In this document: one piece after another, positions 24,677 to 35,414 of the stretch | How the letters are laid out: each line of letters begins with the position of its first letter | Numbering within the stretch: the stretch's first letter is position 1 | From: Neocallimastix sp. 'constans' | Lineage: Eukaryota | Direction: 5' to 3' | Assembly: GCA_050613775.1 (NCBI GenBank) | Contig: JBODTK010000010.1 | Location: 1,302,001-1,366,000, forward strand | Length of the DNA stretch: 64,000 nt | Program-made: the position numbers and the translations under genes | The notes under the pieces: generated by a model | Database searches by the model: none | What the model was told of the DNA's origin: nothing | What the model saw: the letters and a program-made list of their open reading frames with translations, nothing else

Positions 24677-27150
24677 TATTATTATTATTATTATTATTTG
24701 GAATAATATTTTTAACAATTTGTTTATTGTTATTTTCAAAAATTTCTTTGTTTACATCTAAATGAGAACACTCTTCATTGGGATTATTTTCACTCAAATT
24801 ATTTTCACTCAAATTATTTTCAATCAAATTATTTTCACTCAAATTATTTTTACTCAAATTGTTTTCAGTTGAATTATTATTATTTGAAGTATTTTCAACT
24901 AAATTTTTATTTAAATTATTTTCAATTAATATATTTTTATTTGAATTATCTTCAATTATAATGTTTTCTTTTAAATTAAACGCGTCATTTTCATTATTTT
25001 TGTTTATAATGGTAATTTCTTCTTTATCATAGTCATCTAATTCCAAAATCTCTTTACCTTTATCTTTGTTTTTATTTATAATAGATACTTTTTCGCCGTT
25101 AATACTTTCTCCCTTACCTTTATTGAAATAAATATCTTCGTTAACATTTCTATTTAGAATAACTTCACTATTATTATTGATTAATTTATTCCTTTCATTA
25201 ATAATATTTATATTGTTTTTAATATTGTTTTCTTCGTTATAGTTCTGTTTACTTGTTGAACTTTCTTCTAATTTTTCTTTCTGTTTTGCTTCACCTAACG
25301 AAAGCGTGTTCGTTTTTGTATTACCGTGCTTTATCAACGTGTTTATGTTCTCAAGTTTCTCTTCTATTAATTTAAATTTATTCTCAAGATGTTCTTTTTC
25401 TTTTTGTCTTAATGAAAGACTTTCTTCTTCTTTATCTTTATTGATATCATTTTTTGAATTATTTGAAATATCTTGCATGTCTAAATTGACAATATCTTCT
25501 TTTACTGTTCGTTCATTGTTATTATCTCTTTGACTCCTGTTCTCTTCATTGTTCTTTTCTTGAGGATCTTCTTCTATTTCTTTATTTTCTTGAATAATAT
25601 TAATTATGTCATTTCTGTTGTAGTAATTTCTTTCTTCTAAGTTTTTCATTAATGTGTCTTCATCTTGCGTTTCGGTTTCTTCATTTTCATATCTCCTTGC
25701 TTCAGATACATAATCAAAGTTAAAGTTACCTGGCTGATCTTCAAGAAATTCTACCACACGTTTCACATATATTTTCATTTTATCAATATCGAATATTCTG
25801 TACCCTGTTGAGTCTTCGTCGTATCCCAGAAAGATTCCTTTTCTTGAATTACTCCTAAATTTTTCTGGATTTACTTCATAATAGTAAACTTTACAGCCAA
25901 ATACATGTAATTTACTATTGTCAACTTTCTTTTCGTAGAATACTTCGAATGGGATTTTGTTATTATTTCCATGATGCGGCACCCTATTATGCACATAATT
26001 AGCTGTCTTTAAAGCATCTTCCCAAAATCTTCTACATAATTGACTATCTATTAACATTGCGGTAGCAATTTGGATAAGTACTCCGTTTAGTCTTTCTGCT
26101 CTACCGTTTTGTTGAGGATTTCCTGGTACAGTGAATTGTTGCGTGATTCCGTATTTGTTGCATATTTCTTTAAAATTATTTGAAGTGAATTCAGTTCCAT
26201 TATCACTTCTTAAATATATTATATTTGAATTTGTTTTATTTTTAATTTTGATATACCATGTTTCAAATACTTAATATACTTCCGACTTCTTCTTTACTGT
26301 AAGGACCCAACCATATCTACTATAATCATCTAAAATAGTCACGAAATAGCAGTTGCAATAAATTGATGGTGGTGCCGGTCCAACAAGATCTATATGCACT
26401 AATTCAAGAATTTTTCTCGAATTATTCTGTGCTTTACCATATGGTTCATTCTTCATTTTTGCTTGTATACAGATCTCACATTTATCTATTTTGTTTCCAT
26501 AGGTCAGGTGCCCAATTCTTCGATTCCATAGAATATCATTTCCTTTAGTGTTGACGTTATTGCATAGTATATTATTACTTTTAATACATACTTCAAAAAC
26601 ATCATTATCACTAGCTTTAATTTTTGAAATTGTATTAAAATACTTATCTAGGATATACGCATATACGTCATCGTATTCCTTTATAAAAACTATTACATAT
26701 TCATCCCTTGCTAGTTTACTAATCGAAATTAAATTTCTTTTAATATCCGGAACATATAATACTTCCTTTAGCTTTAATAATTCTTTGTTCATATTTCCTT
26801 GTATCTCTCCAATGTATGTTGAGTTGGTTGTATTCCCATTTGCATAATTTATTTCTTCCACGTGTTCCTCTTCATTCATTAGTATATTTTTGTTTTGAGT
26901 CATATTATTAGATGCACCTGAATCTAGAGTCCACCAACTACATTCTACATGATTTTTAGTTACGTTATTATTAAATACATTATTGCATTGTTTTGTATTG
27001 TCACTACATGGATTTTCAAAAGAAGTGTTATAATCCAGAACAAAAAAATCATTAAGATTTAATTTATCATTGTCTGTTTCTGTTATTGTCATATTGGCCT
27101 GTTTTTTGTTTACCTTGCCTCCCTTGTTTCTTGGCGAATTCTTGTGACAT
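22405..27150 (-). pseudogene. pol: Copia pol (PR-IN-RT-RNase H), disrupted
   Basis: WTLDSGAS protease, ELVHIDLVGP integrase, MDIKAAYL and YVDDLL RT, YVDSDYA and STAEAEY RNase H. Stops at about 26271 and 23671, with further breaks at about 24450 and 23890. Confidence 0.92.
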
Positions 27151-28032
27151 CTTCCTTTTAATCTTGCAATCTCTTTCAAAATGACCAAATCTGTGGCAAA
27201 AGAAACATTCAATATTAGAATTAGTTTTTCTACCTTCTCCATTACCTTTTTCATAATTTCTTTTTGGATATCTTCTAAAGTCTTGATTTACCCCTTTTCC
27301 TTTTCCTTGGCTTTGGGTCGTAGTGCTGAATACATGTTGTATTCCTATCATCTTTCCTTTTTTCCTTTCTTCGACTTTCTTGAGTCGTTCTACTAGCCCT
27401 AATGTATATTCTTTACAGCTTTTCCAGTCTTTTTGATCAAAAATATTTACGCTTTGATATTCTTCTGGTAAAGAGTTAAATAATAGTAATTTCTTTTCCT
27501 CATCTGTAACTACAACATTCATATATTCTATCATATTAATATTCTTACTTAATTTTGTTAAAAATCTTGAAAAGCTTGTTTTGGGGTTGTATCTTAAAGC
27601 ATTAGTTTCATCGATTAATTGATTTCTCCTTGTCACATCATCTCCAATATGAATTTGTTGTAACGTTTGCCAAATTTGATAACCTGTAAGAGATGGATCT
27701 TGAATATCTTGTTGTGTTTTTGGTCCCAACGTGCTTCTTATTAAACTTTTTAAACTGGCATCTGTTTTTAAATCCTCTTTTGTCACTGATTCTCCATATT
27801 TCATTTTGTACTCATATGGTGCAATTAAATCATTTATACTTTCTGTTCCACTAACTATGGGAACTTTTGGAGTATGATCTATATCGACCCATTCTTCGAG
27901 ATCATAGTATTGTAAGATACCTCTCATGAATAGTTGCCAGGTTATGATGTTATTACTGTCTAATTCATATATAACTTTTCCTATTAGGACAGAGGGATCA
28001 AATCTTTTGATTTGAGGAATATTATTATCCAT
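27067..28032 (-). CDS. gag: Copia Gag with CCHC zinc knuckle (C-terminus frameshifted)
   Basis: CFFCHRFGHFERDC. First ORF after the PBS. Confidence 0.85.
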   Translation of the reverse strand: MDNNIPQIKRFDPSVLIGKVIYELDSNNIITWQLFMRGILQYYDLEEWVDIDHTPKVPIVSGTESINDLIAPYEYKMKYGESVTKEDLKTDASLKSLIRSTLGPKTQQDIQDPSLTGYQIWQTLQQIHIGDDVTRRNQLIDETNALRYNPKTSFSRFLTKLSKNINMIEYMNVVVTDEEKKLLLFNSLPEEYQSVNIFDQKDWKSCKEYTLGLVERLKKVEERKKGKMIGIQHVFSTTTQSQGKGKGVNQDFRRYPKRNYEKGNGEGRKTNSNIECFFCHRFGHFERDCKIKRKMSQEFAKKQGRQGKQKTGQYDNNRNRQ

Positions 28033-28190
28033 AGTAGTAATGGTACTAGAAGTAGCATTTTCTGTTGGTCGTTTTAAAGTATTTTTACTTATTTTGAATT
28101 TTAAATATTTTAATTTTTTTTTTTTTTTATTTACTTATTTAAAAATTGAAATTGAATGATTTTTCAATGAAGTAAAATTATAATGAGTCA

Positions 28191-28205
28191 ATGAGACTCT
28201 TAATC
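28191..28205 (-). promoter_or_regulatory. Copia primer-binding site complementary to the anticodon arm of tRNA-Lys(CUU)
   Basis: Plus strand atgagactcttaatc abuts the 5' LTR. It matches the conserved eukaryotic tRNA-Lys(CUU) segment AUGAGACU-CUU-AAUC as I recall it. Confidence 0.75.
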
Positions 28206-28385
28206 TGTTAAAATTTAATTTATTAATATATAAAAATAAAGAAAACAAACACTCGAACGTACAAAACTCAATTAAACAATTGGGTTTATGAAATAATAAT
28301 TTTATTAATAAATATTAAAATAATATATCTACATTAAACAATGTAAATTTTTATAAAACTTCAAAAATCAATAAATCAAGAAAAG

Positions 28386-28426
<41 letters not shown>

Positions 28427-28834
28427 CGGTTTAAAATAAAATATTAATAATTACTAAATAAATACATTTTACATTGATATTTGTACTACATATTATTTAT
28501 TTATTTTTTAATATTAAATGTATTTATTATTTCACATATTATTACTATAATTTGGCATCTTGACCTAATCTTTATAGCCATATTTATTCCAAAGTATTAA
28601 CATTTATACAATAAAAATTAACTGTTAAAACTAAATGTATATAAAGAGTTTCAATTTTGATACAAAAAGGGTCTTTTATCTTAATCTAATATAGAATTAA
28701 AAGTGATAATAGACTATATCAAAATAAAAAGAAAAATGTATAAATAATGCAAAAATTTAATAATATTTTATTATAACAAATTTGTTTTATTATAATTTTT
28801 TATTTATTATAATTTTATTTACTTATTTACCTAT

Positions 28835-28865
<31 letters not shown>

Positions 28866-29797
28866 TTAATGATTTAATTGTATATTAAATTAATAATAAA
28901 AATTTAAATATGTTTATTAAATCAAAATTAAATATAGATACTAATTTAAATAATATGAAGAATTAATTTTATATATCAATTATAAAATTTAATAATGAAG
29001 AATAATTGAATAAAGAAAATATTTACATCTATCTAGTTTTTTTTCACAAGAATTATAATAATTTATATTATAAATGATAAAAGAAATAAAAAGAAATAAA
29101 AAGAAATAAAAAGAAATAAAAAGAAATAAAAAGAAATAAAAAGAAATAAAAAGAAATAAAAGGACATAAAAGGAAATAAACGAAGATCATTTGTTTACAA
29201 GTTTAATATTTATAACACTATTTTAAATTTTATTTACAAGTTTATTTAATATAGAAAGTTATTGTTAAAGTGTTAAAGTAATGATTTAATATTAAAAATA
29301 ATTAGAATTAAACATATTTTTTTTTTTTACATTAAAAATTAATTAACGAATTGTATTTGAAAAAAGAATATATTTATTATATTATATTTTAGAATATTAT
29401 TAATAAAATATTGTTATTAATAATTGTTGGTAGTTTATTTATAATTTTGTTTATTATTTTATCTGTTATTTATTTTTATTATTATTAAGGCTTTATTTTA
29501 GAGAAATAACTAGAATCAATAAAATAGACTTATGGCTACAATTTAAGTGTAATTTATAATATATATTTATTATGCAAAAGCTTTTCAATTTTAAGTTGCT
29601 ATCGAGACACTTTTTAAATTAAATTTTTATTATAATTTTTCCTAGAAGTATAATTTTGAAGAAGAGTTTAATTTTATTTTAAGTTTACCGTTGGGTATCT
29701 ATTTAATAAATAGAATAAGCGTTGGATTAGGTTAGTATGATTAAATTTACAAAGTATTGATTTATTATTTCATTATAATTTTTTGATTTTCCAAGCA

Positions 29798-30663
29798 TGT
29801 AAGAATCTATAATTATTTGTTAGCAAATAATTATTTTTTCTTAGTTAAGTTATTATAACTATAACTTTATTTAATTACATATAATATTTATTAAATTTAT
29901 TTAATTTAATTTTAAATATTCATTAATTTAACAAAATTTATTTAATTAATTTTAAATAATATATTTACAATATGCTAAATTCTCTACTGTAACTAATGTA
30001 TTTTGTATTGTATTCTGTATTTTATAATGTATTCTGTATTTTATAATGTATTCTGTATTTTATTAACTATTTAATTTTATATTTTTAATATAAGGATAAA
30101 TTATATGATCGAAATATCTTTTATTATTTTATTCTTTTATTTTCGATCATTAGATTGGAAAATCGGTTAATTAAGATTTTTTCCAATTACTTTTTAGAAG
30201 TAATCGGTTTTACTTAACTAATGCGATGATCGATATGGATAGAATATCGATCGAAAACTTATCTAGGTTTTTCTATCTAATCTTTTCCTAGATAAGAGAT
30301 TTGTTAAGATTAGAAAACCCTTTCTTATTTAACCTTATTTTCATAAAAAAATATAAATAAGGCTCTTGAGTTCTCTTTGAGAAATCAAGAGTTATTATTA
30401 TAAAAAACATAGTTATAATAGTAACAATTTTATATTTTTAACTTTAATAAATTAATAAAAATATTTTATTCAAAAACATATTTTTAAAATCAATTTATAC
30501 AAACAATTCTTTTCTTACTTTTTGTGTTATTATTATAATTAATTTTATAATAAACTCTACTCTAAAGGTAAAAAAATTTATTTTATTTTATTTTCTCAAC
30601 TTAATGAATTAGTCGTTAAGTTGTAGTTAATAATTCTATTTTGAGTTAGTTCTTAATAGAATT
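29798..30663 (+). mobile_element. Solo LTR family A (A1), interrupted about 6 bp before its end by element B
   Basis: Nearly identical to 48963-49842. Starts right after the tRNA 5' flank ttttgattttccaagca. tataaata at about 30352 with aataaa downstream suggests + orientation. Confidence 0.9.
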
Positions 30664-31340
30664 TGTTGAGGTTCGGGACAGAATAATAAAAAATATAGAA
30701 ATAAACACTAAAATAAAAAAAATTAAAAATTAAAATATATCTTTTTTTTTAAAATATTTTATTTATTTATTTAATAAAAATTATTCAATTAAAAACTAAA
30801 AATAAAATAATTTCTTTAATAAGATTATATTTTTTTCTTTTCTGCGATTAGATAAATCTATATCAGTAATTTCCATAAGTGATTGAGAAGTACTAGCAAG
30901 TTCTTTATCACGAATTTCTTTTTCTTTTTGTTTTTCGAGATTGATTAAGGGCTGTGACATTATCGAAGGATGTATCTGACTTGATGTTTGTTTTGGAGTT
31001 GGATTAACTTTCAATTCATTTTCTTTCTTCTTTCGCAAAGCTGGAGTAACAATTGGTTTATCTCTAAGACTTTTGTGAATTTTCTTTTCTTGATTACCTT
31101 TATGATCTTTACTAATGTTATCACGCTTTCTTTTAAAAGCAGCAACCAAGTAGTCGTTTTCATCTTGAATTAAGTCAATATCTTCTAAATCATTGATGTC
31201 TTCTTCTTCGATTTCATCCTCAGATAATTCATAACTTTTTTTTTGATCTTCTATTTCTTCATGGAAGTAGTCATTAGCTGAAGATTGTTGATATTTAACG
31301 GAAGCTATTTTATTGACAATGGGAGTGCTTCTTCTCCCTT

Positions 31341-32291
31341 TTAGTGATTTAAACGTTTGTTTTCGAAGTATTCCTGACGATTCTTTTTGATAATAGCATT
31401 AAGTTTTGGACATTCGGTTTGAAAATGACCTTCTTCACTACAAAAGAAACAGGTACTAACAGTTAAACCTTTTATTCTTTTAGTTAAGTTATCAACAGTT
31501 GAATCTTTTTCCTTTATTTTTGAATCATTAAATACTTTTCCTTTAGATTGGTTGTTATTAAAATTTGATGATTTATAAGAATTGTTGAAATTTGTTCTAA
31601 AATTTTCGTTTATTTCTTGGTTAAAGGTAGGCATCAATCTATCTACTTTTTCAGCTATTGCAAATGCTTTCTTTAAAGAAATGTCATCCTTGAGTGAAAC
31701 CTTTTTCCAGGCTTCTTTATTATTTTTCAAAGAATCAGCATAATCCAATACACTAATTCTTCTTTTCCTCTTTTTATCGAGTTTTAAATAGAGTGATCGA
31801 TAGCGAATGTTAAAATCTTTAACTTTTTCATACTTTTTAATTTTTAAGGAGCGAAGTTCCTTAAGCAAGACGTTTTGATCTTCTTTTTTTCCATAAAATG
31901 TTTCTAACTCATTAATAATTTCATCAAGACTTGGATAATGATTATCTTCTTCATCATCGCTATCATCGTCATCATCGTCATCATCATCATCGTCATCGTC
32001 ATCACTAAAGTTTTTGCCATATTCCATATTTTGAATTACTTCTCTTGGTTCACCAGTCGAAGTTAAGATACATGCCGTAAAAATAGTTTCTGGATCATCT
32101 ACATGTTGATATCTGATCCAAAATTTTAAATCTGAAGCCCAAGATCTAATATCGAGATGTTCTTTGCTTAGTTTTTCTATGTCTTTTAATTCTTTCTTGA
32201 GTTCTCTAAAGCTAATAGCGTGATTTTTGTTTATAACAGTTGGAATTGGAACTGAAGGATTTGAAGTTGATGGAGAAGATCCTGAACTCAT
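31341..32291 (-). CDS. gag: Gag of element B
   Basis: ATG at 32291 (MSSGSS...). LKIKKYEKVKDFNIRY capsid-like motif shared with the other Gags. CFFCSEEGHFQTEC knuckle. Ends at a TTTAAAT slippery site. Confidence 0.85.
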   Translation of the reverse strand: MSSGSSPSTSNPSVPIPTVINKNHAISFRELKKELKDIEKLSKEHLDIRSWASDLKFWIRYQHVDDPETIFTACILTSTGEPREVIQNMEYGKNFSDDDDDDDDDDDDDDSDDEEDNHYPSLDEIINELETFYGKKEDQNVLLKELRSLKIKKYEKVKDFNIRYRSLYLKLDKKRKRRISVLDYADSLKNNKEAWKKVSLKDDISLKKAFAIAEKVDRLMPTFNQEINENFRTNFNNSYKSSNFNNNQSKGKVFNDSKIKEKDSTVDNLTKRIKGLTVSTCFFCSEEGHFQTECPKLNAIIKKNRQEYFENKRLNH

Positions 32292-32447
32292 TTTAACTAA
32301 TATTGAAAGTAACAGAATAGAATTGAGCAAAATGAATGTTTGAAAATAATTAATAAATAATATTGACTGAAGTAATATCAGATTTTTCTTGAAGTTAATA
32401 ATTCTAGTATAAACTAAAGTCCAATGATAACCAAATATACTATTGAA

Positions 32448-32705
32448 GATATAAACTAGTGTTACACTGACCCCCAAATATATCTGAAAAGAATAATATA
32501 TAGATATAAACTAGTGTAGTGATAACCCCTAAATATATCGGAATAATAAACAGTATAGATATAAACTAGTGTTACACTGACCCCCAAATATATCTGAAAA
32601 GAATAATATATAGATATAAACTAGTGTAGTGATAACCCCTAAATATATCGGAATAATAAATAATATAGATATAAACTAGTGCTTTGTCTTGCCCCTAAAT
32701 ATATC
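32448..32705. repeat. Five 55-bp tandem units in the 5' leader of element B
   Basis: gatataaactagtg recurs at 32448, 32503, 32558, 32613 and 32668 with alternating variants. Each unit is bounded by gatata/tatatc. Confidence 0.92.
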
Positions 32706-34318
32706 TTGATAATTTTATTGTTCTTTACTTTCAAAAAAAAAAATTTTAATGTAATGGAATCTTCGAATTAATGGTGTTGTGTTGTTGTGTGCTTTTGTTA
32801 TTATCAATTGGCAATGTGGTAGGAAACTTTTTCTGAGTTGATCGTAAGACGACTTTGATATAACTCAATTAAAATTTAAAAATAAAAATATTATTTGTAA
32901 TCAACTAAAAAAAAATAAAATATGATTTATTAGAACAAAAAAAAAAATTTTTATGGAATAATATACATATAAAAAGAGCATTTCCTGGAATTTTCCATAT
33001 CCAGTACTAAAAAGTAGGTATGTAGTGCTTGAATTACCACAGCTTGCCTATTACGGTGTCATGTAGTAATTAAACCAGACGCTTCTGCTTTCAAATAAAC
33101 AGAACGACCAGAGCTCAAGAATGACCTTTCAATTCTTGAGATAAATTAATCCGGAAACTACCTACTGTTGGAATTTTAGTACTAGGTATGCTTCTAAACC
33201 GTACTAAATCCCTTTTTATATGTTTCCAATAAATTTTATTTTATTAAAGCTTCACCGGTAATTGCTTACCTATCACTTTAATATTAAAAAAAAATTAACA
33301 AAAAAAATTGTTTTATTAGAAATATTACTATCCTATTATTGTTTACTTTATATTTATGATTATTAACTTCCCCGATATTTCCACCACTTTTTATGTTGAG
33401 GTTCGGGACAGAATAATAATAAATATAGAAATAAACACTAAAATAAAAAAAAATTAAAAATTAAAATATATCTTTTTTTTTAAAATATTTTATTTATTTA
33501 TTTAATAAGAATTATTCAATTAAAAACTAAAAATAAATTAATTTCTTTAATAAGATTATATTTTTTTCAGATTATTTTTCTAAAATACAATTTTCTCATC
33601 TATTTATATTTTTTTTATCGTTAGAAATGGTCAAGCCATTTCTTTAGAATATCTTAGAGTTACATGTTTGAATTGTATTTAAATTATAAATTCATAATCT
33701 ATTCTATTATAATAAATAATTATTACATATTATTAAATTCTAAACTATTTATTATTAATTGTAGTAATAATATATTTTAAAAATAATTTTATTACTTTTA
33801 CAGAACTATTAGTAATAGAGTATTATTTAATTTTATACTATTTTTAAATAAAAGTATTTTAGATTATTATCTATTATTAATCTTATTATAAATAGGGTGT
33901 ATTTTGGAAGGAAGTATTACTAATTTTAATGACAAGGATCATGGATTTAAGTAAAATATTTTTAAATCATTATTAATTATATTAATTTTTATTAATAATA
34001 AATAATCTGTATTAGTAATATTTGTAAAATAAAATTTTCTTTAATAATAAAATATTGATAGAATAAATCATATTAATAAAACTAGATATTGATAATAATA
34101 TTGATATTAATAATATAGTATTAATTTTAATAATAAAGTATTGATATTAATAAAGAATTTATATTAATAATAATAAATTTAATATTAGTAATAATTTGGC
34201 AGTAATAGAACATAAGAAAGTTCCCCAAGTAAGGAAATAAATAATTTAATTTTAGTGGTTAAGTTATTTTTATGAATAATAATAAAATTAACATTATTTG
34301 TTCATTCCTTAACAAGAT

Positions 34319-34812
34319 TGGTACGTGTTATTGTACCTTGGGCTTTTTTGACACTACTCTAGTTAAGATAAATTATTCTAAATTGAATAAACACAATAAT
34401 TAATAATTTTTATTTCTTCTTATTATTAAGATATTTTATTTATTCTTTTTTTTTTTTTTTTTTTTATTTTTATTAATATTCTTTTTTTATTTATTATATT
34501 ACTTAATTATACATTATTTTAATTACTACATTTTTATTATAATCTAACTAACTATATATTTTTATTTCTTATTATATCTCCATTCTACACTACATTTTTT
34601 TATATTTTTGTCCTATTTATATTTTTTTTTTCTTTCTTTTCTTTCTGATCTCTTCCCCCTTATAATTATTTTCTTATTTACATCTTTTTATATTCTTTTT
34701 TATCTAATTTAAGGTTACAATTGTTTATTTCTTAATATTTTAAATATTTAATCTTATAACTTTATTCTCAAATTTATTGCTTATTTCATAGTTATCAGGG
34801 CGTCCCGTACCA
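34319..34812. mobile_element. Solo LTR C
   Basis: Termini tggtacg...cgtacca. TSD agat at 34315-34318 and 34813-34816. Confidence 0.85.
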
Positions 34813-35414
34813 AGATTGGGACAACACAGGTAATTATTAAAATTTATTATAGTAATAATATATTCAATTATATTTATTTATCTTTATTAAATAATTTTTT
34901 ATTTTTGAAAGAGAGAGTTTTTAATTATTTTATTTTCATAATTTCTTAAATATTTAATATTCTATCAATTTGATTTGTTAGTATTAAAAATTTTAATTTA
35001 ATTGGTTTCGAATTTATATATAAAATTATTATAAATCATTAATATAAATTATTATAAAATTTTAATATAAATTATCACAAGATTTTAATATAAAACTATT
35101 ATAGAATATTAATATAAAACTATTATTAATATAAAACTATTATAAAATATTGATATAAAACTATTATAAAATATTAATGTAAAACTATTATAAAATATTA
35201 ATATAAAACTATTATAAAATATTGATATAAAACTATTATAAAATATTAATATAAAACTATTATAAAATATTGATATAAAACTATTATAAAATATTAATAT
35301 AAATTATTATAAAGTATTGTTAACAAATATTATAATCTTTTTTGTATATAATTGAATATTTAATTATTATTCATTTTTTTTTTATTGTCTCGTAACAAGA
35401 TGCCCACGCCGAAA

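Larger units (their letters stand above)
22082..28536 (-). mobile_element. Full-length but degenerate Ty1/copia LTR retrotransposon
   Basis: LTRs at 22082-22384 and 28206-28536 (TG..CA), TSD tatta. PPT tagggggaa next to the 3' LTR. Domain order gag-PR-IN-RT-RH. The corresponding empty site is visible at about 56161-56190. Confidence 0.95.
30664..34314 (-). mobile_element. Ty3/gypsy element B, internally deleted (pol and most of the 3' LTR lost)
   Basis: 5' LTR 33394-34314 (tgttgagg...ccttaaca). 3' LTR remnant 30664-30837. PBS TGGTGGAAATATCGGGG at 33386-33370. gag retained. Confidence 0.88.

Noticed and set aside
27067..27254. Programmed frameshift between copia gag and pol
   Set aside because: No clear slippery site with a downstream structure, and the element has several other disabling lesions, so a mutation is more likely.
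32448..32705. CRISPR-like array (constant repeat with variable core)
   Set aside because: Variable parts are only about 9 and 17 nt and recur a-b-a-b. There are no cas genes, and the array lies in a eukaryotic retrotransposon leader.
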